Positions 8,628 to 18,575 of a DNA stretch of 64,000 bases are shown piece after piece. The first letter of the stretch is position 1. Each line of letters starts with the position of its first letter. Below the pieces are notes generated by a model. That model saw only the letters and a list, made by a program, of their open reading frames with translations, had not been told where the DNA came from and searched no databases. Source of the stretch: Candidatus Babelota bacterium (lineage in GTDB: Bacteria > Babelota > Babeliae > Babelales > UBA12411); NCBI GenBank assembly GCA_003511165.1, contig DOJW01000004.1, positions 4,015 to 68,014 on the forward strand, written 5' to 3'. A program made the position numbers and the translations under genes.

Positions 8628-9965
8628 TTAATCTTTCTTTAAAGAATTGATCGCTTCATTCAAAGTCAATAATAACAAGTCAACTTCTTCCAAATTATTA
8701 TAAAGATAAAAACTTACACGCAAAGAAGAATCTTTGCCTAGCATATTCATAAAAGGTTGAGCACAGTGATTTCCAGCTCTCACCATTATTCCACGCATAT
8801 CAAGGTAAGCTGCTATATCGTGAGGATGGATTCCTTTAATATTGAAACTTACAAGATGCCCATCTTTTCTAATCAAATTTTTATTTCCTAAAATTTCAAT
8901 GTCTTTGATAGATTCAAGACCATCTAAAAGTTTACTACAAAGCTTCGCTTCATGTTCCTTTAATGCATTGAAATCTATATTGGAATTTATATAATCCAAA
9001 GCTGCACCTAAACCAATCACACCTGCGATCGGAGGAGTTCCTGCTTCAAATTTATGAGGCGCTTCTTTCCATATCGATTTTTTAACATCTGCACTGTAAA
9101 CCATTGATCCACCAAATCTGAAAGGTTCTATAGAATCATGTAAATCTTTTTTGATATATAAAATACCAACACCTGTTGGACCTAACAGTTTATGAGATGA
9201 AAATGCTAAAAAGTCAGCTCCCCATTTCTGCACATCGACTTTGCAATGAGCAATCATCTGCGAAGCATCAATTAAAATTTTGGCACCAACTTCTCTTACT
9301 CTTTTGATAAAATCTTCGAATACAAAATTTTCAAAATCAAAAATTGGACCTATCACATTAGAATAAGGAGCAAAAGCAATTAATTTGGTTTTATTTGAAA
9401 TAACTTTTTTCCAAAAATCATAATCTAACTTTGGTACTACTATTTTTTGCTCATCAAGCTCACCATAAACACCAATATTATCTAAATTTAATTCTTCTTC
9501 TTTTTGCTCAAAGCCAACAACAAAATTATTGGAATCGAAAGGAAAATATTTTATTGAAACGCCTAAATCTTTTGAAATAACTTGCCATGGAAGAAAATTG
9601 GAAACATGTTCCGTTGGTGAAAGTAAAATTTCATCACCTTTTGAGAGATTTTGCCTTGCCCAAGTTTGAGCTACAAAATTTATAGAATCGGTCGCACCAT
9701 AAGTGAAAATAATTTCTTTAGAATCAGCATTGATGAATTTCGCTACTTTTTCTCGAGTTGCTTCAAATTTAGCAGTATTTTGCTCACTTAAATCATAAAT
9801 TCCGCGATGAACATTCGAGTTAGAATTTTTATAAAAATCGGTAATTGCATCAATAACAGAAATCGGCTTTTGTGAAGTCGCAGCACTATCAAGGTAAATT
9901 AACTCTTTTGGAGCACCTTTTTTACCAAAAATAGGAAAATCTGATCTAATTTTCTTAAAATTCAT
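8628..9965 (-). CDS. sufS: Cysteine desulfurase, SufS/CsdA class
   Basis: 445 aa. SSHKLLGPTGVGILY (PLP Lys) and RAGNHCAQP (catalytic Cys). Contains an extra acidic insertion of about 40 aa (GFEQKEEELNLDNIG...). Confidence 0.85.
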   Translation of the reverse strand: MNFKKIRSDFPIFGKKGAPKELIYLDSAATSQKPISVIDAITDFYKNSNSNVHRGIYDLSEQNTAKFEATREKVAKFINADSKEIIFTYGATDSINFVAQTWARQNLSKGDEILLSPTEHVSNFLPWQVISKDLGVSIKYFPFDSNNFVVGFEQKEEELNLDNIGVYGELDEQKIVVPKLDYDFWKKVISNKTKLIAFAPYSNVIGPIFDFENFVFEDFIKRVREVGAKILIDASQMIAHCKVDVQKWGADFLAFSSHKLLGPTGVGILYIKKDLHDSIEPFRFGGSMVYSADVKKSIWKEAPHKFEAGTPPIAGVIGLGAALDYINSNIDFNALKEHEAKLCSKLLDGLESIKDIEILGNKNLIRKDGHLVSFNIKGIHPHDIAAYLDMRGIMVRAGNHCAQPFMNMLGKDSSLRVSFYLYNNLEEVDLLLLTLNEAINSLKKD

Positions 9966-10114
9966 TATTTCACCACTAAGTTAAACTCTTTTAGCATTTC
10001 TTATAAACGCTTTAGATCCATTTTAAATGATTCTGCAAATAAATCATCTGCTAGACAGGATAATGTGCAAAAAACTCAAAAAACCCACTTTTTTTGTATC
10101 ATAACTAATATTTA

Positions 10115-10597
10115 TTAATAATATCCGTCAAGTTCGCCAGCTTGATGCAATTGATATTTAACGTTGCTTGATAATCTTTGCCATGAAATTAATTTCTGTC
10201 TTAATTCTGTCATCTTTATATCGCATGCAATCCTTGCATCTGGAGATTCCGGATCTAATACTCCAGGGCTTTTCTCATAATAACCGATTGTTTCATTTAA
10301 TTCTCGAATTGGTTTATTACAAGCAAACAATACTGAGCTAGTAATTATAGAACCTTTTTCTAAAAGAAATTCTGCTATTGTAAACAAATCAACTCTTTCA
10401 CAAGCTCTTTGCAACGGTAAAAAAAATTTTTCATCTTTTTCATCTATACAACTTGGATTTAAACTAACCAAAAATCTAACAAATTCAAGATTGCCTGCTT
10501 TGATAGCATCAAAAATCGCATGATGCACACCCAATAAATTAGATTCCCCTAATATTGAAAAAAACAAAAATGTTAATAATTTAAAATACTTTTTCAT
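10115..10597 (-). CDS. Short ankyrin-like secreted protein, paralog of 11304..11984
   Basis: 160 aa. The leader MKKYFKLLTFLFFSILG is encoded by 50 bp identical to the 11304 paralog. One ANK-like unit (IFDAIKAGNLEFVRFLV...LPLQRACE). Confidence 0.6.
   Translation of the reverse strand: MKKYFKLLTFLFFSILGESNLLGVHHAIFDAIKAGNLEFVRFLVSLNPSCIDEKDEKFFLPLQRACERVDLFTIAEFLLEKGSIITSSVLFACNKPIRELNETIGYYEKSPGVLDPESPDARIACDIKMTELRQKLISWQRLSSNVKYQLHQAGELDGYY
10548..10597 (-). repeat. 50-bp perfect repeat of 11935-11984 covering the leader-coding 5' end
   Basis: CCTAATATTGAAAAAAACAAAAATGTTAATAATTTAAAATACTTTTTCAT on the plus strand at both loci. Confidence 0.9.
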
Positions 10598-10644
10598 GGT
10601 ATTCCCCCAACTTATTTTTAATTTAATTGAATTCTAACTTCATA

Positions 10645-11292
10645 TTATTGAATAAGTTCCATAGAAGTAGCCCCCCTACTTTTTAGAAACGTTATTGTAT
10701 TCTTTAAATTTTCTATAACTTCAGATTGCAAATCTATTTTTTCTTGAAATTCATCTAAAAATTTTTCTGTAAATTTAGCATCCACCTTCATTAAATAGTT
10801 ATATGTTTTTCCCAACTCTTTAAAATAAGGCATTTCAATGGCGTTATATTTAATAATTGCAGTATCTAAAATCGAATCCCCAAAGGAGTTAACATAAGAA
10901 ACATCCGCTCCATTATTAACTAATAACTTAACCAAATGATGTGGAATATTTTTATATACTGCTACCTGCAAAACAGAAAAACCAGGTAATCTTGTTTCAA
11001 CTACGTTTACATCTACCACAACATACAAGATTAAAAATTTAAAAATTTTTTCTAAAATTTCACGCTTATCTAAATCTTCTTCGTCGCCTAATCTCTCACA
11101 TAATTTAAATAAAGGATTTACACCTCTTTCATCGACAAAATTTACAGATTCAGGATCTTCTTCAACCAAAAGTTTAATTCGCTCATAATCTGCATTTTCT
11201 ACCACATCAAAGATTTCATGATGTTCTGCAAATATGCTAAAAGCACTCCCAAGTATTGATAAAAATATTAATAGTTTTAAACTTTTTTTCAT
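10645..11292 (-). CDS. Ankyrin-repeat protein with Sec-type leader
   Basis: 215 aa. Leader MKKSLKLLIFLSILGSAFSIFA. ANK unit GFSVLQVAVYKNIPHHLVKLLVNNGADVSYVNSFGDSILDTAI. Confidence 0.7.
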   Translation of the reverse strand: MKKSLKLLIFLSILGSAFSIFAEHHEIFDVVENADYERIKLLVEEDPESVNFVDERGVNPLFKLCERLGDEEDLDKREILEKIFKFLILYVVVDVNVVETRLPGFSVLQVAVYKNIPHHLVKLLVNNGADVSYVNSFGDSILDTAIIKYNAIEMPYFKELGKTYNYLMKVDAKFTEKFLDEFQEKIDLQSEVIENLKNTITFLKSRGATSMELIQ

Positions 11293-11303
11293 AAATAATT
11301 TTA

Positions 11304-11984
11304 TTAAGCTTCTGATCTAAGACTCTTCTGAATCAAAGAAATTAGGGTTTCAAATTTATTTAACACTACACTTTGGGTTGCAAATTCAGATTGAAGATCT
11401 ATTAAACATTTTTCGTTATATTCAAGCACTCTCAAAAAGCTAGGAAGATAACTTGATGGTGTTAATTTTAAAATATTTTCTTGATGATATTTTATTGATA
11501 ACTTCAACGGCCGATAAATGATTAAAACAGCACATAGCTTATTCTCAGCAACATTTAAAACTGAATCTCCAAAAGAATTTATATAAGAAACCCTTGCCCC
11601 TTTTTCAATTAATGATGCAATGGAATCATATGAAAGATCATTTTGCACTGCACATTGTAAAACTGAAAAATTGGGAATATTCGGTTCAATAAAATTTACA
11701 TCTGCATCCGTACTCTGTAAAAAATATAAAAATATTTTTTCTAAATTTTTACGTCTATTAAAATCCTCTTCCGAACCATATATATCACACAATTTAAACA
11801 AAGGAGTAACACCTTTTTCATCAATACAATTTACACATGTACAATCTTGCCTTATCAATGTTTTAATTCCTTCAAAATCCGCCAAAACTAAAGTATCAAA
11901 AATTACATGATGCACTCCAAATAAATTCGACGCGCCTAATATTGAAAAAAACAAAAATGTTAATAATTTAAAATACTTTTTCAT
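11304..11984 (-). CDS. Ankyrin-repeat protein with Sec-type leader
   Basis: 226 aa. ANK unit FSVLQCAVQNDLSYDSIASLIEKGARVSYINSFGDSVLNVAE. Confidence 0.7.
   Translation of the reverse strand: MKKYFKLLTFLFFSILGASNLFGVHHVIFDTLVLADFEGIKTLIRQDCTCVNCIDEKGVTPLFKLCDIYGSEEDFNRRKNLEKIFLYFLQSTDADVNFIEPNIPNFSVLQCAVQNDLSYDSIASLIEKGARVSYINSFGDSVLNVAENKLCAVLIIYRPLKLSIKYHQENILKLTPSSYLPSFLRVLEYNEKCLIDLQSEFATQSVVLNKFETLISLIQKSLRSEA
11935..11984 (-). repeat. 50-bp perfect repeat of 10548-10597
   Basis: See 10548-10597. Confidence 0.9.
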
Positions 11985-12703
11985 AAATAACCTTCCATTT
12001 TTATGAATTTAGGATTTAGGTAGTGAAATAAATTCATCATTTTTAATAAATCGTGGACAATTTTACGCTGACAATCAAAAGGGAAACTTAGATGCTCTTC
12101 TAAATGAAATTGATGTTTTTCTCGTTGTTGTATTAAATCTTCTAATGAATATCCACAATATTTAGAACATTCCATATCCCTAATTTTTTTTATTTTATTT
12201 TTATGAGAATTAATTTCTTTCCGAAGCGCATCTAAAACTACTTTTTCCTTTAAATAATTTTTTTCTGCTATATCCAATACAGAATTTCCAGATAAATTTA
12301 CATAAGAAATATCTGCGCCCTTTTTTACCAATAATTCAATTAAAGAATATGAAATATCTTTATCAATAGCATATTGTAAAATTGAAAATTTTGGCGCTGT
12401 TTCTAAAACTGAATTTACATTCACATCTGTATATTTAACTATATATCTAAAAATATTTTTTAATTTTTTACGTCTATCAAAATCCTCTTCCGAACCATAT
12501 AAATCACATAATTTAAATAAAGGCGAAACTCCATTTTCATCAACAAAATTTACAGATTCAGGCTCTCTTTCCAATACCAAAAGAACTTTGCTATAACTAG
12601 CTTTTTCTATCGCATCAAAAATTGCATGATGCTCACAAAACAAATTGGAAACGGAAATTAATGCAAGAAATGCAAAAGTTAATAATTTAAAACCTTTTTT
12701 CAT
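11981..12703 (-). CDS. Ankyrin-repeat protein with Sec-type leader
   Basis: 240 aa. ANK unit FSILQYAIDKDISYSLIELLVKKGADISYVNLSGNSVLDIAE. Overlaps the next paralog by 4 bp. Confidence 0.7.
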   Translation of the reverse strand: MKKGFKLLTFAFLALISVSNLFCEHHAIFDAIEKASYSKVLLVLEREPESVNFVDENGVSPLFKLCDLYGSEEDFDRRKKLKNIFRYIVKYTDVNVNSVLETAPKFSILQYAIDKDISYSLIELLVKKGADISYVNLSGNSVLDIAEKNYLKEKVVLDALRKEINSHKNKIKKIRDMECSKYCGYSLEDLIQQREKHQFHLEEHLSFPFDCQRKIVHDLLKMMNLFHYLNPKFIKMEGYL

Positions 12704-12757
12704 AAATAACCCCCAAATTTAACAAATTTTGATATTTAAACGCTGGATGATTGTTAT

Positions 12758-12785
12758 ATTCTAATTGAAAATAAAAATAAATCAA
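12758..12785 (-). promoter_or_regulatory. Candidate sigma70-type promoter for the ankyrin array
   Basis: On the minus strand: TTGATT, 16 nt spacer, TAGAAT, about 55 nt upstream of the ATG at 12703. Confidence 0.35.
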
Positions 12786-12833
12786 CCGCTAAAATAAAGA
12801 ACTATTTTAATCGATTTTTTATTAAATTTGAAT

Positions 12834-12870
12834 AAAAAAAGAGGCGATTTAATTAAAAACCGCCTCTTTT
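12834..12870 (-). terminator. Rho-independent terminator after the 12908..13420 gene
   Basis: GAGGCG/CGCCTC stem with a 14-nt AT loop. A-run on the plus strand is a T-run on the minus strand. Confidence 0.55.
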
Positions 12871-12907
12871 AAAGGTTTTTTACTAAAAATATGATTTTTA
12901 CTTAGTT

Positions 12908-13420
12908 TTATCTTCTAATAGCTTCTAAAATTCGTAATTGATTAGAAATAGCATGACGTAAAACTTTACAAAGTAGATAATCTAAATATGAAACTTCATT
13001 TGCGGCAAGAGAAATCAAACTCTCATCTATATCGCTTATTAATGATGTAATATCTTTTTTTGCTTTATCTAAATCATTTACCAACAATCTCGCCACAAAA
13101 TTAAATCGCACAATAAAATGTGCTGAGCTTCCAAAAATATACCCCGCATAACCACAGCCTCTTTGAGGGAGCCTTACATTTTTGTACTCATACATCACTG
13201 AGCCTAAAAAAGAATTCGCATCTACAAAAAAACCATTTTCTACATCATACGCTTCAAAAATAAAGGCCGGATTTTCTGAAATCCACTTATCCAAATATTT
13301 TGAATCTTTATTTTGCACAGAAGCATCAAATGCAGTCATCAACACTGGTGGATAAGCTTCAATTTTTGATATAAATGATAAGCTCAACAACGCACAACAA
13401 ACAGTTAATATTTTTTTCAT
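12908..13420 (-). CDS. Hypothetical secreted protein
   Basis: 170 aa. Leader MKKILTVCCALLSLSFISKIEA. No recognisable domain. Confidence 0.6.
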   Translation of the reverse strand: MKKILTVCCALLSLSFISKIEAYPPVLMTAFDASVQNKDSKYLDKWISENPAFIFEAYDVENGFFVDANSFLGSVMYEYKNVRLPQRGCGYAGYIFGSSAHFIVRFNFVARLLVNDLDKAKKDITSLISDIDESLISLAANEVSYLDYLLCKVLRHAISNQLRILEAIRR

Positions 13421-13431
13421 ATTAAATTCCT

Positions 13432-15372
13432 TTATGAAAGACGTGTACCATTTTTGATTTCTGATCCAACAGTTACAAATGTCATGGATTTATCATCTTT
13501 TGCAAAAAGCATCATACCTTGTGACTCAAATCCAAGCATCTTGCGTGGCTTTAGGTTCAAAACATAAACACCTTTTTTACCAATCAAATCAGTCGGCGTA
13601 AAGTATTGACGAACACCTGATAAAATTTGCTTTTTGCCTAAAGATCCAAAGTCTACTTCAAGCTTATAAAGCTTATCTGAACCGTCAATAACTTCACATG
13701 ATAAAATTTCGCCAACACAAAGTTGAACTTTTGCAAAATCTTCAATCCCGATTTCATCCACAGTTGCAACACCTTCAACCTTTTCTTTTTTAGAAGATTC
13801 TTTTTTAACGTCCACGGCTGCTTCACTTTTTTCTGCAGGCCTCTCAAAAAGAGCTTCTTTAGGTTTTGTTATTTTAAAATTTTTGTCCCAGATATTTTTT
13901 CGCAAAATCTCTTCATTGTTTATAGTCAAATCAATTTTATGCCCTATGCAAGAAATCAACTCTTCCATCTTTTTTGGCATTACAGGCCAAAGCAAATGTG
14001 CAACTGAATAAAGTGAATTGCAAACAACAGCTATCGTTTCCTCAAACTCATCTTTATTTTTTTTAACAGATTCCCAAGGCTTGCGATCATTGAAATATGC
14101 ATTTACTTGCGAAATAAATGTCCACAATTTTGAAAGCGCAATGTGATATTGATAATGATTTAATTCATCACAATATTCTTTAAACATTTCTTCGCTTTTT
14201 ATTTTTAGTATTTCAGATGCTGGATCAAAAACTTCTGGTGAATTAATTTCCGAAAATCCATTATTAATTGCAAGTACTGTAGTTCTACTCAAAAGATTTC
14301 CGAGATTATTCGCCAAATCTGAAGAAATACGGCCTTCTAAATCCTCAATACTAAATTGGCTATCTTGATTTACGGAGACACTTTTTAGTAAATAATATCG
14401 AACTTGCTCCACACCATATTTTGACGCTAATTCTTGTGGATCAACAGCATTTCCAAGAGATTTGGACATTTTATTTTCACCAGACAAAATATAACCATGG
14501 ACCAATAATTTTTTAGGCATTGATAAACCTGAAGCCATCAAAAAAGCGGGCCAATAAACAGCATGAAATCGTAAAATATCTTTTCCCATTACTTGAACAT
14601 TTGCAGGCCACCAAAAATCAAAATCTTCTTGCTGCTGTTTATTTGATGATAAATATCCAACTGCACTTAAATAATTATTTAATGCATCAGCCCAAACATA
14701 AACCGTTTGTCCACTTTCAAGAGGGAAAGGAATTCCCCAAGTCACGCCTTTGCGTGAAATGCTCAAATCTTGTAAACCGCCGCTAACAAATGAAATAACT
14801 TCATTAAGTTTTTCTTTTGGAGTTATAAATTCTGGATTTTGTTTATAAAACTCGAGCAATCTATCTTGATATGCAGAAAGTCTAAAAAAATAATTTTCTT
14901 CGGATAATTCTCTTAACTCTCTTTTACAAGAAGGACAAACTTTTTCATCTGTTGCTTTTTCTAGCGTGACAAACGTTTCACAGGGAACACAATACAAACC
15001 GCTGTAAACAGATTTATAAATGTCACCTTTTTCATAAAGATTCTTAATCCACTGTGTCACCATTTCTTGGTGCTGATTATCCGTTGTACGAATAAATTTG
15101 TCATAATCTATTTCGTAGAGTTCCCACATTTTTTTGAAATCAACAACTATTTTGTCAACAAATTCCTTTGGCTGCATTTTATTCTCTGCAGCCTTTTCAG
15201 CAACTTTTTGACCATGTTCATCTGTACCGGTTAAGAAAAAAACCTTCTTACCAAGAAGTCTATTAAAGCGCGCAGAAACATCTGCTAAAAGAGTTGAATA
15301 CAAGGTACCAATATGTGGTTTGGAATTAACATAATAAATGGGAGTTGTAACATAAAATTTATTTTTGTTCAT
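13432..15372 (-). CDS. metG: Methionyl-tRNA synthetase with C-terminal tRNA-binding (Trbp111/EMAPII-like) domain
   Basis: 646 aa. PHIGTLYS (HIGH-like), KMSKSLGN, CPxC..CPSC zinc knuckle. C-terminal FAKVQL..GEI...SDKLYKLEVDFG. Confidence 0.92.
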   Translation of the reverse strand: MNKNKFYVTTPIYYVNSKPHIGTLYSTLLADVSARFNRLLGKKVFFLTGTDEHGQKVAEKAAENKMQPKEFVDKIVVDFKKMWELYEIDYDKFIRTTDNQHQEMVTQWIKNLYEKGDIYKSVYSGLYCVPCETFVTLEKATDEKVCPSCKRELRELSEENYFFRLSAYQDRLLEFYKQNPEFITPKEKLNEVISFVSGGLQDLSISRKGVTWGIPFPLESGQTVYVWADALNNYLSAVGYLSSNKQQQEDFDFWWPANVQVMGKDILRFHAVYWPAFLMASGLSMPKKLLVHGYILSGENKMSKSLGNAVDPQELASKYGVEQVRYYLLKSVSVNQDSQFSIEDLEGRISSDLANNLGNLLSRTTVLAINNGFSEINSPEVFDPASEILKIKSEEMFKEYCDELNHYQYHIALSKLWTFISQVNAYFNDRKPWESVKKNKDEFEETIAVVCNSLYSVAHLLWPVMPKKMEELISCIGHKIDLTINNEEILRKNIWDKNFKITKPKEALFERPAEKSEAAVDVKKESSKKEKVEGVATVDEIGIEDFAKVQLCVGEILSCEVIDGSDKLYKLEVDFGSLGKKQILSGVRQYFTPTDLIGKKGVYVLNLKPRKMLGFESQGMMLFAKDDKSMTFVTVGSEIKNGTRLS

Positions 15373-15389
15373 AAAAACTTCCTAAATAA

Positions 15390-16616
15390 TTATTTTGCTG
15401 TTGCCATAACGACTGGCTCTAACATCTTTGCTGGCTCTGATTTTAAATTCTTTAAAATTCTGTTCCATCGAATAAATTTTGTCCACAAATCAATTGGATG
15501 TTTTATAAAATCAAAAAACCAAAAAGATTCTAAACTATCAATCGAATATACCACAAAGCTTGCTCTGCCATAAATTCGATCTGCATCCAAAAATCCCCAA
15601 AATCGGCTGTCATAACTATTTTTTCTATTATCACCCATCATCCAATATTTACCTTGAGGAACAACCATTGGACCAAAAATATCAACGTTTTTACCATTAC
15701 GTTCAATTGTAGGAGTAAATGGCATAAGAACCCAAGCAGATGTAGAGCCAGGCTTCAAAACAACTTCTTCAGAATGCATACGATAAAAAGGTTGCTCTAA
15801 CAGATCTTTTGAAGGGTCAAACGAATAACCTATTGGATCTGATCTATAACGTAAAAATGCAGGAACTGGTAATAATCCAATTCTATCAAAATCAAAAAAT
15901 CCAGACGCTTTTTCAAGCACAATTAGCGGATATTTATTAACATAAGGCTCATCAAGTTTTTTACCATTTACATAAACAACTGTTTTACCATTTTCAATCT
16001 TTCCTTCGATAGTATCCCCTGGCAATCCGACAACTCTTTTTACAATATTATCAGGTCCAGCTTCTAAACCAACAATTGGAATAGGTAACCCAACATATTT
16101 TTGCCACCAATATTTCAATTTATTACTTTGATCAAATTTGAAAGTTTGGGATGAAAACATAACAAGATCACCACGCTGAGGTTTCCTTCCAAAGCTATAA
16201 GCCATATTATTTCCCCAAACACGATCACCTACTAAAAGATTAACTTCTGCTGATCCGGAAGGAACTTGATAAAGACCAAAAACAAAATTTCTTAATATAA
16301 AAATAACCACCAAAGCAGTAGCCAAAGCTTCTAACCACTGTCTCCACTCCGGTTTTGTTATTTCATTTAATTCTTTATAAACTTTTCTAAATCTTTTTAC
16401 TTTCTTTTTAAGTTCAGGAGTTATTTTGCTCAAACTTTCGAAATCTTTTTTCAACGAAACTGATAGCAAATCTAACTCTTCAATCATCTTTGAAGATTTA
16501 GAAATTAAATCTTCTTTTTTATGTTTTTTCCAATAATCTATTCGCGAAGTAAACCGAGATTTATTAGAAAAATATTTTTCATTCCACTTTTCAAAAATCT
16601 TTTTAAATTTATTCAT
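15390..16616 (-). CDS. lepB: Signal peptidase I with extended N-terminal cytoplasmic region
   Basis: PSGSAEVNL (catalytic Ser box), KRVVGLPGD (Lys box), GDNRKNSYDSRFWG. ATG at 16616 has an AAGGA RBS 7 nt upstream. The track start at 16637 is GTG. Confidence 0.85.
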   Translation of the reverse strand: MNKFKKIFEKWNEKYFSNKSRFTSRIDYWKKHKKEDLISKSSKMIEELDLLSVSLKKDFESLSKITPELKKKVKRFRKVYKELNEITKPEWRQWLEALATALVVIFILRNFVFGLYQVPSGSAEVNLLVGDRVWGNNMAYSFGRKPQRGDLVMFSSQTFKFDQSNKLKYWWQKYVGLPIPIVGLEAGPDNIVKRVVGLPGDTIEGKIENGKTVVYVNGKKLDEPYVNKYPLIVLEKASGFFDFDRIGLLPVPAFLRYRSDPIGYSFDPSKDLLEQPFYRMHSEEVVLKPGSTSAWVLMPFTPTIERNGKNVDIFGPMVVPQGKYWMMGDNRKNSYDSRFWGFLDADRIYGRASFVVYSIDSLESFWFFDFIKHPIDLWTKFIRWNRILKNLKSEPAKMLEPVVMATAK

Positions 16617-16666
16617 ACAAAATTCCTTATGCTCCACTCTTTATCTTTTATATCTTTTTTAAAATT

Positions 16667-17797
16667 TCATGAGATTCTTATAGACAACCACAATTCATCT
16701 AAAACATCTAAAGGGATATCATTATGCAACGTATCCAATTTTTTAAACATTTCTTCCGATGGAAAAAATGACTTATTTTGAAAAACACTTTTATCTATCA
16801 ATTCATAAGAAACCTTATTTACAGGATTAAATCCAAAATCATTTGAATTCATCGCATTAACAGTAGAACTTACTAAATAATCTATAAATTTATATGTCAA
16901 CTCTTCTTTTTGAGACTTTTCTAAAATAGCTAAATTTTCAATCGTTAACAACGATCCCTCTTTTGGAATAATAAATGCAAATTCATCTTTCATTTTAGGA
17001 TTATTGATCAACATCTTTCTAAAAAATAAACTTTCACAAGGGACTACAGGAACAATGCCTGCATACAAAAAATAATCTATCTTTTCACTTGAATAACTCT
17101 CTACATATTTCCGCTGCTTTATCAAAAGATCTCTTATCTCTTTCAGTTGATTTTTGCTCTGCTCGATCGGCTTTCCAAAAAGATATAAGGATGTTAAAAA
17201 AAGAATTTCACGAGGATCTGATGGCATAGCTATTTTATATTTTTCCCAATTTTCTGGATCAAAAATAAGCCCCCAGGTAGGATCTTGCATAACTTTGTCA
17301 AAAGATTCTTTTTTATAAGCAAGTCCAAAAATAGACCATGAATGAGGTACTGAATATTTATTTTGTGGATCAAAATATCGATTAATAAATCGTTTATCAA
17401 TTTGTTCAAAATTTGAAATCTTAGAAATATTTAATGACTTAAGTAGATTAAACTTGATCAAAGACTCTATCATATAATCTGTAGTTATTAACAGGTCATA
17501 ACCTGCGCCTTTATCTATTTTTAACTTTGCAAGCAATTCATCATTTGATTCAAAATACGTCACATGAACTTTTATACCGGTTTGTTCCTCAAACTTTTTC
17601 ACTGATTCTTGCGAAATCATATCAGTAAAAGTAAGCACATGTATTGATCTTTCATTTCTATAAAAATAATTAATTATACGAGGAGAATACAGACAAAATA
17701 AAAGCAAAAAGAAAATAAAGGAGAAAATAAAAAAACGGATAAAAATAGATGCCAAATTTAATTTTTCCCAAATAAATTTATTCCACATCATGTCCAA
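16667..17797 (-). CDS. potD: Spermidine/putrescine ABC transporter substrate-binding protein, N-terminal TM anchor
   Basis: 376 aa. PotD-like sequence. Last gene of the potABCD order. Confidence 0.8.
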   Translation of the reverse strand: MDMMWNKFIWEKLNLASIFIRFFIFSFIFFLLLFCLYSPRIINYFYRNERSIHVLTFTDMISQESVKKFEEQTGIKVHVTYFESNDELLAKLKIDKGAGYDLLITTDYMIESLIKFNLLKSLNISKISNFEQIDKRFINRYFDPQNKYSVPHSWSIFGLAYKKESFDKVMQDPTWGLIFDPENWEKYKIAMPSDPREILFLTSLYLFGKPIEQSKNQLKEIRDLLIKQRKYVESYSSEKIDYFLYAGIVPVVPCESLFFRKMLINNPKMKDEFAFIIPKEGSLLTIENLAILEKSQKEELTYKFIDYLVSSTVNAMNSNDFGFNPVNKVSYELIDKSVFQNKSFFPSEEMFKKLDTLHNDIPLDVLDELWLSIRIS

Positions 17798-18575
17798 ACA
17801 CCTGGTCTAAAACTTTAAATAAACATAGCGCTAAAACAAACAAACTACTTACAGCAAGCAAAATTGTTGAAATAGCATTAATTCGCGGATCGATTCCCTT
17901 GCGCACCATTGAATAAACATACACGGATAATGTTTGAATTTTTTCTCCGGAACAAAAAAACGCAATAAAAAAATCATCTAGTGAAAGTGTAAAAACTAAA
18001 AAAGCAGAAGCTATCATAGAAGGTGCGAGTAAAGGTATTACAATTTTTCTAAAAGTGTGTAACGGTAACGCCCCTAAATCCGCAGAGGCCTCCGTAAGAG
18101 TCGGGTCCAATTCTATAAATCTCGCTCTAATTATAGGCACTACAAAACCAAGACCTATCAGAGCATGCCCTGCAATCAAACTGCCATAACCAAGCGGAAT
18201 TTTTAAAAAGGTAAACAACGATAGTAATCCAATAGCCAAAATAATTTCAGGTAAAATAATGTTTGTATGAAAAATATTAAATAAAAAAAACGGACGCCAC
18301 CATTTACTTGCAACCACCAAAAAAGAACCTAGCGTTACACTCAAAAAAGTAGAAACAGAAGCTACAATTAAAGATGTTTTCAAAGCCTGTAATAAATCGG
18401 GTGTAGACCATAAAGCTTTAAACCAACGAAGCGAAAAGCCTGACCATGCAAAAGGAACAGATGAATCATTAAAAGAAAATATTACCAAAACAAAAATTGG
18501 CAAATATAAAAATGCATAAACAAAAAAAACAAATAAAACATGTACTATTTTTGCAAACCATTTTTTATTATTCAT
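17778..18575 (-). CDS. potC: Spermidine/putrescine ABC transporter permease
   Basis: 265 aa, 6 TM. EAA-like loop EASADLGALPLHTFRKIVIPL. Confidence 0.8.
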   Translation of the reverse strand: MNNKKWFAKIVHVLFVFFVYAFLYLPIFVLVIFSFNDSSVPFAWSGFSLRWFKALWSTPDLLQALKTSLIVASVSTFLSVTLGSFLVVASKWWRPFFLFNIFHTNIILPEIILAIGLLSLFTFLKIPLGYGSLIAGHALIGLGFVVPIIRARFIELDPTLTEASADLGALPLHTFRKIVIPLLAPSMIASAFLVFTLSLDDFFIAFFCSGEKIQTLSVYVYSMVRKGIDPRINAISTILLAVSSLFVLALCLFKVLDQVFGHDVE

